Part shown: one piece after another, positions 19,450-28,883 of the stretch
How positions within the stretch are numbered: the stretch's first letter is position 1
How the letters are laid out: each line of letters opens with the position of its first letter
NCBI GenBank assembly: GCA_963827235.1
Contig: CAWHAE010000010.1
Location: forward strand, 1,015,363 to 1,079,362
Reading direction: 5' to 3'
Source of the DNA: an uncultured bacterium
GTDB taxonomy: Bacteria; Chloroflexota; UBA5177; JANWHV01
Length of the DNA: 64,000 bases
Translations under genes and position numbers: made by a program
The notes under the pieces: generated by a model
Database searches by the model: none
What the model was told of the DNA's origin: nothing
What the model saw: only the letters and a program-made list of their open reading frames with translations

Positions 19450-20079
19450 ATGTGGGCAATGCTCTGGTTACCGCTCGCGACTGCACCCGCTGCTCCGGAA
19501 CGGCACGCCCACTCGCGGAGCACGGACGAGGCGTTGGTTGCCGCGTTCAAGGGGGGCGACGTACGGGCGTTCGACGTACTCTTCGCCCGCTATCGCCAGC
19601 CCATCTTCGGCTACGTGTATCGCAGCATGGGTGACGCCGCGCTGGCCGAGGAGCTGACGCAGGATGTGTTCCTCAAAGCGTTCCTGCACCTGCGTCTGAC
19701 GGCGCCAGGGACGATCTTCAGGGCCTGGATTTACCGCATCGCCACCACCACCTGCATCGACGCCCGTCGTGCCGCGGCGCGGCGCCCGGTGCCGGTGCGC
19801 GACGCGGAGGAGCCGGCGCAGACCGCCGATCGGGATGCCGGCGATCCGGAACAGCGCGAGATTCAGCGCGAGCAGGGACGCGCGCTACGCCGGGCGCTCG
19901 ACGCGCTGCCAGGACACTACCGGCAGGCGCTGATCCTGCGGCAGCTGCAAGAGCTCACGTACGCGGAGATTGGCGAGGCAATGGGGACCAGCGTGGAGGC
20001 CGTCACGTCGCTGATCCATCGAGCCCGGCAGGCGTTCCGCACCGCCTACAGCCGGCAAGATCAGGAGGAAGATCGATGA
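19450..20079 (+). CDS. ECF sigma-70 factor
   Basis: DEALVAA...AFDVLFARY, AEELTQDVFLKA, FRAWIYRIA region 2; LTYAEIGEAMG...VTSLIHRAR region 4. Confidence 0.93.
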   Translation: MWAMLWLPLATAPAAPERHAHSRSTDEALVAAFKGGDVRAFDVLFARYRQPIFGYVYRSMGDAALAEELTQDVFLKAFLHLRLTAPGTIFRAWIYRIATTTCIDARRAAARRPVPVRDAEEPAQTADRDAGDPEQREIQREQGRALRRALDALPGHYRQALILRQLQELTYAEIGEAMGTSVEAVTSLIHRARQAFRTAYSRQDQEEDR

Positions 20080-20552
20080 ACGATGCACACGCAACCCTGG
20101 AACCGCTGCTTTCCGCCTATCTCGACGGCGAGCTGGACGCGTCGCGCCGCCACCTCGTGGCAGCACACGTGGCGACCTGCGCGATCTGCGCGCAGGAACT
20201 GGCGCAGCTACGGGCCGGCGACGAGGCGTTGGCCAGCCTGCAGCCCACGCCGGCGGCGCCGGACCTGCGCGCGCAACTGCGCCGGCGCCTGCGCCGGCAG
20301 GGCGCGCCAAAGGCAGTGGCCGGCGGGTTCATCGCCATCATCTTCCTGCTCCTGCGCGCCCTGCCGCACGAGCTGGCGATCGTGAAGCGCAAGGACCTGC
20401 CGCTCTGGGGCCGGATGGGCATTGCCTCGAGCCGCATGCTGATGCTGACCCCAGGGATCGCGCTCTGCGTCGAGCTCCTGCGCGACGTGCGGACACTCGC
20501 TGAGTACGCCTGGGTGAGCGGCGAGGCCAGCGATACTGGAGAACGAGAATGA
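20076..20552 (+). CDS. Zinc-binding (ZAS) anti-sigma factor
   Basis: LLSAYLDGEL...HVATCAIC (HxxxCxxC) followed by TM segments; ATGA overlap with the sigma gene. Confidence 0.88.
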   Translation: MNDAHATLEPLLSAYLDGELDASRRHLVAAHVATCAICAQELAQLRAGDEALASLQPTPAAPDLRAQLRRRLRRQGAPKAVAGGFIAIIFLLLRALPHELAIVKRKDLPLWGRMGIASSRMLMLTPGIALCVELLRDVRTLAEYAWVSGEASDTGERE

Positions 20553-21088
20553 CCGCTAGCAGTCGCTACTCGTATACGCGCACGCCCAGGGTGACCTGGG
20601 GCTGGGGCTCCCTGACGCTGGGTGCGCTGCTGCTGCCCCTGACCAACATCGCGCTACTGGCACGAGGCTACCGGCTGCCCGGCGAGAGCATGGGAAAGAA
20701 TGCCCGCGCCCTTGCGCTGGGGGCCGGCATGTTTCTCAGCCCATGGCTCACCGCTCACGAGCTGAGCGACGACACCCTGGTGATCCGCCAGGGTATGAAC
20801 TTCGGCGGCCGGATCGCCTATGGCAACGTCGCCGCCGTGCACGCCACGGAACGCACGGCCTCGGGGTTTCCCATCCGCATCTACCGGCACACGCTGTTCA
20901 TCGCTCTCTGGCCGGTCAATCTGGTGGCGATCCGGCTGCGGCGGCCCCAGCGATTCCGTCTGTTCCACGTGCTGCCCGTGTGGAAGATAGGCGAGGTCGT
21001 GTTGAACGTGGACCGGCGCGATGCGTTCATCGCCGACCTGCGAGCGCGGGTAGCGGCGGCCGACACGCATGCAGTCGAGGACCGGTAA
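20549..21088 (+). CDS. Membrane protein with bacterial PH-like domain
   Basis: Two TM helices then ELSDDTLVIRQG...RIAYGNV; coupled in the operon. Confidence 0.65.
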   Translation: MTASSRYSYTRTPRVTWGWGSLTLGALLLPLTNIALLARGYRLPGESMGKNARALALGAGMFLSPWLTAHELSDDTLVIRQGMNFGGRIAYGNVAAVHATERTASGFPIRIYRHTLFIALWPVNLVAIRLRRPQRFRLFHVLPVWKIGEVVLNVDRRDAFIADLRARVAAADTHAVEDR

Positions 21089-21094
21089 GGACGT

Positions 21095-21325
21095 ATGTAC
21101 CAGCAATTCGCTCTCTCAGCCGTGATGGCCGAGTCCACCGGCCGGCAGGTGCTGCTGCTGGCGCCGCTCGCGCTGATCTCGCTGACGCTCATGGTCGTGG
21201 CCCTGGTCGATCTGGCCCGGCGCGAATCAGTACGCGGCAGCAAGCTGTTCTGGGCCATCGCGATCGTCGTCGCCGGCACCCTGGGCCCGATCGCATACTT
21301 CGTCTTCGCACGGAAGGAGACGTGA
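21095..21325 (+). CDS. PLDc_N / YxlE-like small membrane protein
   Basis: ALVDLARR...SKLFWAIAIV...LGPIAYF. Confidence 0.85.
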   Translation: MYQQFALSAVMAESTGRQVLLLAPLALISLTLMVVALVDLARRESVRGSKLFWAIAIVVAGTLGPIAYFVFARKET

Positions 21326-22263
21326 GCGTGGCTGCAATCCTCTGTGAGGGCCTCTCCAAGCGCTACGGCCGCGTTGTCGCACTCGATCACCTCGACCTGA
21401 GTGTGCCCGAGGGAAGCATCTTCGGCTTTCTCGGACCCAACGGGGCGGGCAAGAGCACGGCAATTCGTATCCTGGCCACGCTGAGCCATGCCTCGGCCGG
21501 CGACGCCTCCATTGCCGGGCTGAGCGTCACAGCGCACGCGGACGGGGTGCGACGCATGCTCGGCTACCTGCCACAGGAGCCGGCCTTTCCGACCTGGATG
21601 TCCGCGCAGGAGTTCCTGGAATTCGCCGCCGCGCTGAGCGAGGTGCCTGCCCGGGACCGGCGCGGGCGGGCCGCCGAGGTGCTCGACCTGGTGGGACTGG
21701 GCAGCTCCGCCAGACGACGCATCGGCGGTTTCTCCGGCGGCATGAAGGGCCGCCTGGGTATCGCCCAGGCGCTGATGCACCGTCCGGCCGTGCTGATTCT
21801 CGACGAGCCGGTGTCCACGCTCGACCCGCTTGGCCGGCGCGACGTGCTGCAGATCGTCGCCGGCCTGCGCGGCACCACCACGGTCTTTCTCTCTTCGCAC
21901 ATCCTGGACGATATCGATCGCATATGCGACCAGGTCGCCATTCTGGCCAAGGGCCGGTTGATCGTGCAGGAGACCATCCCGCGGCTCAAGGAACGCTCTG
22001 CGCAGCCGACCTTTGTGATCGAGCTTGCCGAGGATGCAGCGCCGCTGGCGGCAACCCTGGCCACATGCCCCTGGATCGCGTCGGCCACTGCCAGCGGGCG
22101 CACGGTGCGCGTGCTGGCACGCGATCCGGCCCGTGCCGAACGCGAGCTGCCGCGCCTGGTGCTGGCCGACGGCTACACCCTGCTGCGTTACGAGCAGGTG
22201 CTCCCCAGCCTGGAGGACATCTTCGTGCGCCTGGTGCAGCCGGGCAAGGAGGCGGCAGCGTGA
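21322..22263 (+). CDS. ABC-2 type transporter ATP-binding subunit
   Basis: GPNGAGKST, FSGGMKGRLG, LILDEP, SSH; GTG start after AAGGAG. Confidence 0.95.
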   Translation: MSVAAILCEGLSKRYGRVVALDHLDLSVPEGSIFGFLGPNGAGKSTAIRILATLSHASAGDASIAGLSVTAHADGVRRMLGYLPQEPAFPTWMSAQEFLEFAAALSEVPARDRRGRAAEVLDLVGLGSSARRRIGGFSGGMKGRLGIAQALMHRPAVLILDEPVSTLDPLGRRDVLQIVAGLRGTTTVFLSSHILDDIDRICDQVAILAKGRLIVQETIPRLKERSAQPTFVIELAEDAAPLAATLATCPWIASATASGRTVRVLARDPARAERELPRLVLADGYTLLRYEQVLPSLEDIFVRLVQPGKEAAA

Positions 22264-23030
22264 ACGGGTATCTGACACTGACGCGGAAAGAGCTGCGCGA
22301 GAGCCTGGCCTCGTACAGGATGCTGATATCGGCCGCCGTGTTCCTGATCGCCGGCATCAGCGGCCCGGTGCTGACCCACATGCTGCCGGACCTGCAGCGC
22401 AACTCGACGAGAAGCAGCAGCATCACGATCATCGTGGGCAAGCAGACCGTGGTCGATGCCGTGGATGCCTATCTGAGCAACATGGCGCAGCTCCCCATGG
22501 TGGCCGCGATCCTGCTGGCGATGGGATCGGTCGCCGAGGAGCGAGCACACGGCGTGGGCGCCATGCTCCTGAGCCGGCCGATCGCACGCAGCGCGTACGT
22601 GCTTGCAAAGCTGACAGGCCATGGGCTGGTGCTGTTGGGCGGCCTGGCGCTGGGCGCCATCGCCGCATTCTACTACATCGTCCTGCTGTTCGACGGTGCG
22701 CGACCCGGCCCGTACCTGGAGATCAACCTGGGCCTTGCCGTCACGCTGATCGACGTGCTGGCGATCACCCTGCTGTGCAGCACCCTGCTGCGGAGCGGCG
22801 TGGCGGCCGGGGGACTGGCCTTCGTGCTGTTCGTGGCACTCTCGACGCTGCCGGCGCTCTGGTCGCCGCTGGGCGACAGCCTGCCCATGAGCATCACGGG
22901 CCACGCTCACGCGCTGCTGAGCGGCGCCTGGGGCGTGTCCGCTCTGCCGCGTCCGCTGCTTGGCGGCCTGCTGCTGGCGACCGCCTGCACCGCCGGCGCC
23001 TGCCTGGCACTGCGGCGGCAAGAAGCATAG
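22260..23030 (+). CDS. ABC-2 type transporter permease (YxlG-like)
   Basis: KELRE N-terminus, SVAEERAHG...LLSRPIAR..YVLAK, six TM helices. Confidence 0.9.
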   Translation: MNGYLTLTRKELRESLASYRMLISAAVFLIAGISGPVLTHMLPDLQRNSTRSSSITIIVGKQTVVDAVDAYLSNMAQLPMVAAILLAMGSVAEERAHGVGAMLLSRPIARSAYVLAKLTGHGLVLLGGLALGAIAAFYYIVLLFDGARPGPYLEINLGLAVTLIDVLAITLLCSTLLRSGVAAGGLAFVLFVALSTLPALWSPLGDSLPMSITGHAHALLSGAWGVSALPRPLLGGLLLATACTAGACLALRRQEA

Positions 23031-23155
23031 CGGCCGACGATTGCACCGCGCGGTGGCGCGGCCGTCGTGAGCGCGCCGTGGGGCGCCACACTACCTTGAC
23101 TGCGCACACCGCCCTGCACGCCGATGGTGCCAGCGGTGAGGGTGCTGCCGCCGTT
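22839..23155 (+). repeat. ~316-bp direct repeat, copy 1 (permease 3' end plus downstream DNA)
   Basis: Near-identical to 28116-28431. Confidence 0.9.
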
Positions 23156-23446
23156 AGCGCAGAGCGCCGAGGCACTCGTGCCGTGAGGCTGCCCCCGCGG
23201 TTCATGAGCAAGTGACAGGAGCTGCTGGAGCCGTCGAGCGCCACCAGCGCGCCCGCCGCCGTCGGTCCAGCGGCGGCGGGCGCGGGACTGATGATCAGCA
23301 CAGACCCCTGGGGCAATGGGGCGGTGAACGTAGAGGCGATGGCCGGCGAGCTTTGCCCGAGCAACGCGTCATTGGACGTGCGGCCAGCGGCGGCTGTGTC
23401 ACACGTCGAACGCCCGCAGTGCTCGCGCCGCCGCTCATTCGCGATG

Positions 23447-23673
23447 AGCCGAGCGGCTCCCGCACCCACGCCCGAAGTGGGGGGAGCCGCTCAGGCCGAA
23501 CCTCTAGGAAGGTTCGCGCCTATGGTAGCACTGTTCCGCTGCTTCGGCATGGCGGCGCGACAGCCGCTCAACCGAGATCGAACGCCGGCAGCCCCCGCGA
23601 TTTCCAGCGCCGGTTCGCCCGCCACCGGGCCCGGCACGTGAGCCGCTTGTGGTGGTGCGGGGTCGCCTGCCAG
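23447..23673. repeat. ~230-bp dispersed repeat with GC-rich hairpin, copy 1
   Basis: Matches 49234-49462; stem GAGCGGCTCCC...GGGAGCCGCTC at 23451-23492. Confidence 0.85.
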
Positions 23674-23801
23674 AGCGCCCGCGCATCCGCAACGCGCAAG
23701 ATGTCGCTGAGGCAGCGCTGGCAGATGGCACTTTCTCGGCCCTGCACCAGCAAGCCGGTACGCACTTCAGACTCGCCGCAGAACAGACAGTGGTCGATCA
23801 T
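23568..23801 (-). CDS. Stand-alone ClpX-type C4 zinc-finger protein
   Basis: CLFCGESE...LLVQG..SAICQRC followed by a basic tail. Confidence 0.7.
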   Translation of the reverse strand: MIDHCLFCGESEVRTGLLVQGRESAICQRCLSDILRVADARALWQATPHHHKRLTCRARWRANRRWKSRGLPAFDLG

Positions 23802-24286
23802 CGTCCCCGCATGGAGGCCGCGAGCCGCGGGCCGCAGAGGAGACATATCGCGGCCGGGGCGATCGGCTCGGCAGCACGCCAAGCGCAGATGCGTCATCGC
23901 ACGAATCTGAGCACTCACAGGGGTAGCGTCTGCGTAACACCCAGGAACGCCATTCCATCACACATCCCGTGTGAGTGCGCAAGCAACGGGCATCGATTGC
24001 CCATTCACGAGCGTTTCACACCGATGGCCAAACCCGCGCCCGCCAACATAGACGAAATCCCCCGGGCCTCTCCTGAAACCGGCGTGATTTCGATCGACGC
24101 TGCTACCCGGTTCGGACTGGAGGAGTAAGATAGATACCCCAGCCCGCCACCTCGCGCGCGGAAGCCTGATTCCAGACGGTGTGAAGTGGTCGAGCCGACG
24201 ATCTAGAAACCCGGAAGATCGTTATCCGCGGGTAGAAGCGACGGACCAGCCCGGAGATCTCCAGGCAGCGCTCAGTTTGAGGGCGG

Positions 24287-24919
24287 TCACCACGGCGACG
24301 GCCTGTGCAGAGCCCTATTGGCCTTCTCGATCCCAGCCCCAAGTCCGGGCGGCGCCACAGGTGCATCGGGCGGCATCCACGGGCCCGGGTTTTTCGGAGG
24401 GAGGTAGCTCGCGGTGAGAGCGTCAAGTGGCTCGAGGGTCTTGTGGAAGTTCCTTCGGATATAGCTGACCAGGAGCACCGTCACATAGTCTACGTGAAGC
24501 AAGACCCGCCCGTTGATATCGGTGAGGTGCGCCGCCCACAGGCCCTCAGGCATTGGCTCAGTTTGCTGCGACCTGGTCAGGTACCGCTGAACACGTATGT
24601 CCCGATACTGCAGTGCCTTGTACAGCTCACGGACCGCGCCACATATGTCCTCATCAGTCTGGTCTAGGTAGGGTTGTGCACGCTCAAGAGCAGTCCACGG
24701 TGTTAGGTTTGTGGATGGAGCGCCATCAGTCGTCTCCAGCGAGCATCGCAACAGAGTGCATTGAAACCACAACAATCCAAGTGCAAGACCCTTTTCAACC
24801 CGTTGCTGCTGCACTCTTTCGCGCCGGACGACCCAGTAACCAATAGCGCCAGCGGTAGCGGCCGCAATTGTACCGACTGCGGTCATCGCAGACCAGAAAG
24901 CCGTCCACCATTCATACAC
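24287..24919 (-). CDS. Hypothetical N-terminally membrane-anchored protein, lower GC
   Basis: WSAMTAVGTIAAATAGAIGYW anchor; atypical codon usage; GGGGTGAG upstream. Confidence 0.6.
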   Translation of the reverse strand: MYEWWTAFWSAMTAVGTIAAATAGAIGYWVVRRERVQQQRVEKGLALGLLWFQCTLLRCSLETTDGAPSTNLTPWTALERAQPYLDQTDEDICGAVRELYKALQYRDIRVQRYLTRSQQTEPMPEGLWAAHLTDINGRVLLHVDYVTVLLVSYIRRNFHKTLEPLDALTASYLPPKNPGPWMPPDAPVAPPGLGAGIEKANRALHRPSPW

Positions 24920-25204
24920 GGCTCACCCCTCAGCGAGGCACACAACGGCGCAGTTCGCGCAACGGACCGCAGCCACCGCACGCCGACTCGAGTGCGGCGA
25001 GCCGTGGAACTGAGAATCACGACTCACTGCCGGCGGCCGGGACCAGAGCCCGGCCCACATCCATCATCGCGCCAGAATGACCACAGTCAATGCGGACATC
25101 GGGAAAAGATTCACTTTAACGCACCCTATGCCAAGATGCGCCGCTTGAAAGCGCCCACGCAGGCGCGTACAATCCAAGCACAGGGCCGCCACAGGGCTTA
25201 CCTG

Positions 25205-25277
25205 TGCCCCGGACTGGGTTCGGACCAGCGACCTCCCGTTTAGTGGACAGGCGCTCTTCCAACTGAGCTACCGGGGC
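25205..25277 (-). tRNA. Non-canonical or pseudo tRNA: Thr-like type I body with ACT anticodon
   Basis: GCCCCGG TA GCTC AGTTGGAA GAGC G CCTGT CCACTAA ACGGG AGGTC GCTGG TCCGAAC CCAGT CCGGGGC A; all four stems pair; C33 and C55 deviate; no encoded CCA. Confidence 0.75.
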
Positions 25278-25286
25278 CTAACCTCA

Positions 25287-25616
25287 AGGATGGGTGACCG
25301 GGTTCGCCAAAACTGACGGTCACCCATCCTCTCTCAGTGGTGGATCGCGCCCACGTCCCTGACGTGGTAAACGGTGGCTGCTGTCTCTCATAGTCCCTGA
25401 CCGCCGGCTCATCCGGCATTGCTCCCGATGTGGGGGAAGATCCGAATACGTACCAGTCTCCTTCGCGATGCACCCTAGGCTGCCTCACGAGAGCTGCGCT
25501 TACCTCACGCACGGGGGCAGACGACCGAAACCCATTGCCCAACCTGTGCGGCAAGTCCTGGGTGCAATCCCACCTGGCAGGCATGGTCTGACCAACGCAG
25601 ACTTGGCTGGACCATC
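25287..25616. ncRNA. Candidate structured non-coding RNA next to the tRNA-like gene
   Basis: Perfect 14-bp stem 25287-25300/25317-25330; CCACGTC/GACGTGG hairpin 25351-25367; nested TGCACCC...GGGTGCA stem; ATGGTC/GACCAT hairpin. Confidence 0.4.
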
Positions 25617-25692
25617 GATACCCGTATAATACACCCCGGATGTGCACACGAAAAGACGCACCGTTCGTCCGACCGATTCTTAGTACAAACGT

Positions 25693-25817
25693 ATGGCGTC
25701 AGAGGCATGGCAGTAGAAATGTGACACTTTATAGATGGCGTCAGAGGCATGGCAGTAGAAATGTGGCACTTTAAGGATGGCACTTTAAGGATGTCACTTT
25801 AAGGATGGCATTAAAGG
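25693..25817. repeat. AT-rich tandem array with 14-bp period (two 42-bp units, then three ATGGCACTTTAAGG-like units)
   Basis: Units 25693-25734, 25735-25776, 25777-25790, 25791-25804, 25805-25817. Confidence 0.85.
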
Positions 25818-25905
25818 GTAGGAATAAAGGGCGTATCAATCGAAGGGCTATGAATTGAAGGGGCATGATTCTAGATGGTAGTGCGAGCTCAACGATCTGA
25901 ACGCC

Positions 25906-26337
25906 TCAGATTCTGGAGCGGTCGGCGGCGCAAGCAGCCCGATGCCAACTCACCGCCTCAGCCCTAACCTGCACCACCATGGCAAGCGGGTACCCCAACA
26001 GCGCATACTGGCACGCGTGAGCCGCCAGCATCGCCGCCATGTACGCGGGCGAATCGCCGCTGCCCTGAAACCGGCACTGGGTTTCGAACAGGATGTTGCG
26101 ACGCTCCCCGTGCGTCAGCGGGTCGGCGCTATCGCTCTCCAGAGCACGGCGCATGGCTAGGTTGCCATCGGTCCAGCGCTCCCATATGGGCAGCAAGTGC
26201 TCGTAGGCGTAAGCACACTGCTCGCTAGAATGCTCTGGTGGACCGCTCACCGAAGCAGATCCTCCGCAACAGCACTCGACGCGACCGACCATCGTCCGCA
26301 CATCCGCGGTACGGCGTTCCGGAGCCACCCCAACCAT
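25906..26337 (-). CDS. Hypothetical protein, weak Imm5-like resemblance, possibly a fragment
   Basis: CAYAYEHLLPIWE...MRRALE. Confidence 0.35.
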   Translation of the reverse strand: MVGVAPERRTADVRTMVGRVECCCGGSASVSGPPEHSSEQCAYAYEHLLPIWERWTDGNLAMRRALESDSADPLTHGERRNILFETQCRFQGSGDSPAYMAAMLAAHACQYALLGYPLAMVVQVRAEAVSWHRAACAADRSRI

Positions 26338-26488
26338 CGGTTAACTCAAGCGCATGAGCCTGCTTGAGCGAGCCTCACAAGGTCCATAATGGTCTTGGGC
26401 GTGGCAGTTGCCGGCATGCAGTGTCACCGCACCACACCCAGCGCGTAGGTCGAGCGCGCTACGCACCCCAACACGATCGGAGTCCGCC

Positions 26489-26599
26489 ATGGACACGATC
26501 CGCCTCCTGGCTTGCATCGCAATGATGCTGGCCTTACTAGTCTCCGAGACCTACGTCGCCCACGAGGTGATAGGGCTCGCTACAAGATTGCTTGCCTAA
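26489..26599 (+). CDS. 36-aa hydrophobic peptide (type I toxin-like)
   Basis: MDTIRLLACIAMMLALLVSETYVAHEVIGLATRLLA; GGAG RBS; CATAAT at 26385; own terminator. Confidence 0.55.
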   Translation: MDTIRLLACIAMMLALLVSETYVAHEVIGLATRLLA

Positions 26600-26625
26600 G
26601 CGCATAGCACGCGAAGGGACTAGCC

Positions 26626-26666
26626 ATGGACCCCTGCCCATTGGCCTGGGCAGGGGTCCATTCTTT
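26626..26666 (+). terminator. Intrinsic terminator-like hairpin
   Basis: Perfect 15-bp stem ATGGACCCCTGCCCA / TGGGCAGGGGTCCAT followed by TCTTT. Confidence 0.75.
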
Positions 26667-26786
26667 GGTCAGCCCAGGCCGCTCTTGCAGTGTCACGGCC
26701 CGGGCACGGCGCCGAGAGTCGATCTCGCCGCACCCCACGCCATCGTAGCACGCCTGGAGAAACTCGCAAGGGCGAGTCAAGCTTGA

Positions 26787-27190
26787 CTACCATACTGCCC
26801 GCCGCGGCGCCACAAGTGCGCTCGCCGCCGGCGGCATGGCTTCCTGCGCGGCCTGGCAGCGAAGCGCCAGGCTCATCAGATAGTCGTCGTGCCCCTCATT
26901 CTCCGGCACGTAGAATCGCATCTGCTCGTTGGCGGCCAATTGGTACCGCGCCTCGTCAATCTCGAGCCACACTTGCCTCGACTCGGCCGCGTCGTCACGA
27001 CCGTAGACCCGGCAGCGACCCGTGCCGGCCATGCCCAGTAAGTCGAAGCCAAGCTTCGACTTCGCCGGAGCCGTCAACACGAAGCGTTCCACAGCGCTCT
27101 CCCCGAGCGCACTCGCCAGCCACGAGGCCACGCCGGCGCCCAGGCCAGTCGCGTCGGCGCAGATCCGCACACATTCCACACCTCGGTCAG
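26787..27190 (-). pseudogene. Phage terminase large subunit, C-terminal nuclease fragment
   Basis: ICADATGLGAGV and GHDDYLMSLAL RNase H-fold motifs; ATPase domain missing. Confidence 0.75.
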
Positions 27191-27247
27191 CAGTTGGCCC
27201 GTAGCGTGGTGTTGCGTCGGGTGGTCGGCGCCGGTCCAACTAAAGGG

Positions 27248-27880
27248 CTACGCAATCTCGACAGAGAGCTCCAGCGCCGCAGTCCGGGACAGCCGCGCCG
27301 GGGTCATCACGGTGCTGTCTCGCTCTGCGAGCAGTGCGCGCGAGGCCGTCTCGTACTGGATGCGCACGCCGCGCCGGTCGTTCAGCGCCATCTGCAGCGT
27401 GGAGAGCGTGGAGGCCCGCTGCCGGCGCGGCGCGGCGCCGCTCGCCTGGCGGACCGAGCGCAGCAGGGGCGCGAAGCCGGCGGGCAGCGCTTCCTCCGTG
27501 CGCGCCAAGGCGGCGCCCAGGCTGGCCGCGTCCAGGGCGCCGCTGTCTCGCGCGAACTGCAGTGCCGTCACCAGGGCCAGCGCTTCGGCGGCCGTGTAGC
27601 CGATCGCGGGGAGCTGGGGCAGTCGCGTGAAGTAGTAGCCGCTCCGCGCGCGCCGGATCTCGCAGCGCAGTCCGTGCCGCAGGACCTCCAGGTCTTTGTC
27701 GATCTGGCGCTCGCTGATCTCCAGGCGCTCGCTCAGCGCCGACCGCGTCCACTGCCGGGGCGCGTTGCCGATCAGCGTGACCAGGCGCAGGATGCGCGCG
27801 ACGCGCTTGGTCTCTTCCAGTCGAGCGGCGTGCGATCCGGGCGCATCAGCTCGCCACGTGTCTTCCATGATCCCAATCAT
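27248..27880 (-). pseudogene. HTH-WYL (YafY/PafB-like) regulator, truncated within the WYL domain
   Basis: LSERLEISERQIDKDLEVLR HTH, YTAAEALAL, ALNDRRGVRIQY then breaks off. Confidence 0.8.
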
Positions 27881-28115
27881 ATACCCGTACCGCGCCCCAA
27901 GCAGTGCGCGTTATCACAAGGTTTCACGCAGATTCCGCTCTGGTTGGAAACGTTCCATGGCACGGGGCCTGCGGTTGCGATCGCATGGCAGCAGAGGGGG
28001 GACTGCGGTCCCGGGTGGAGGGGGACGGTAGCCTCCAGCCGCGGCAGCCTGCGGTTGCGATGCGATTTCTCTGTGCCCAAAGGCTCGACCAAGGCCCAAG
28101 TGCTGGAAGCGAAGC

Positions 28116-28431
28116 TCTCGACGCTGCCCGCGCTCTGGTCGCCGCTGGGCGATAGCCTGCCCATGAGCATCACGGGCCACGCTCACGCGCTGCTGAGCGG
28201 GGCCTGGGGCGTGTCCGCTCTGCCGCGTCCGCTGCTTGGCGGCCTGCTGCTGGCGACCGTCTGCACCGCCAGCGCCTGCCTGGCACTGCGGCGTCAAGAA
28301 GCATAGCGGCCGAAGATTGCGCTGCGCGGTGGCGAGGCCGTCGTGAGCGCGCCGTGGGGCGCCGCACCGCCTTGACCGCGCACACCGTCCTGCACGCCGA
28401 TGGTGCCAGCGGTGAGGGCGCTGCCGCCGTT
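28116..28431 (+). repeat. ~316-bp direct repeat, copy 2
   Basis: Duplicates the permease C-terminus (LSTLPALW...LRRQEA stop) and downstream DNA of 22839-23155. Confidence 0.9.

Positions 28432-28883
<452 letters not shown>

Noticed and set aside
25240-25647. 135-aa minus-strand ORF
   Set aside because: Overlaps the tRNA-like gene and structured region, with no RBS or recognisable motif
25693-25817. CRISPR or mini-array
   Set aside because: Units are contiguous with no unique spacers
26690-28306. 538-aa plus-strand ORF ending in permease sequence
   Set aside because: Antisense to the terminase and WYL fragments; only its tail is the duplicated permease end
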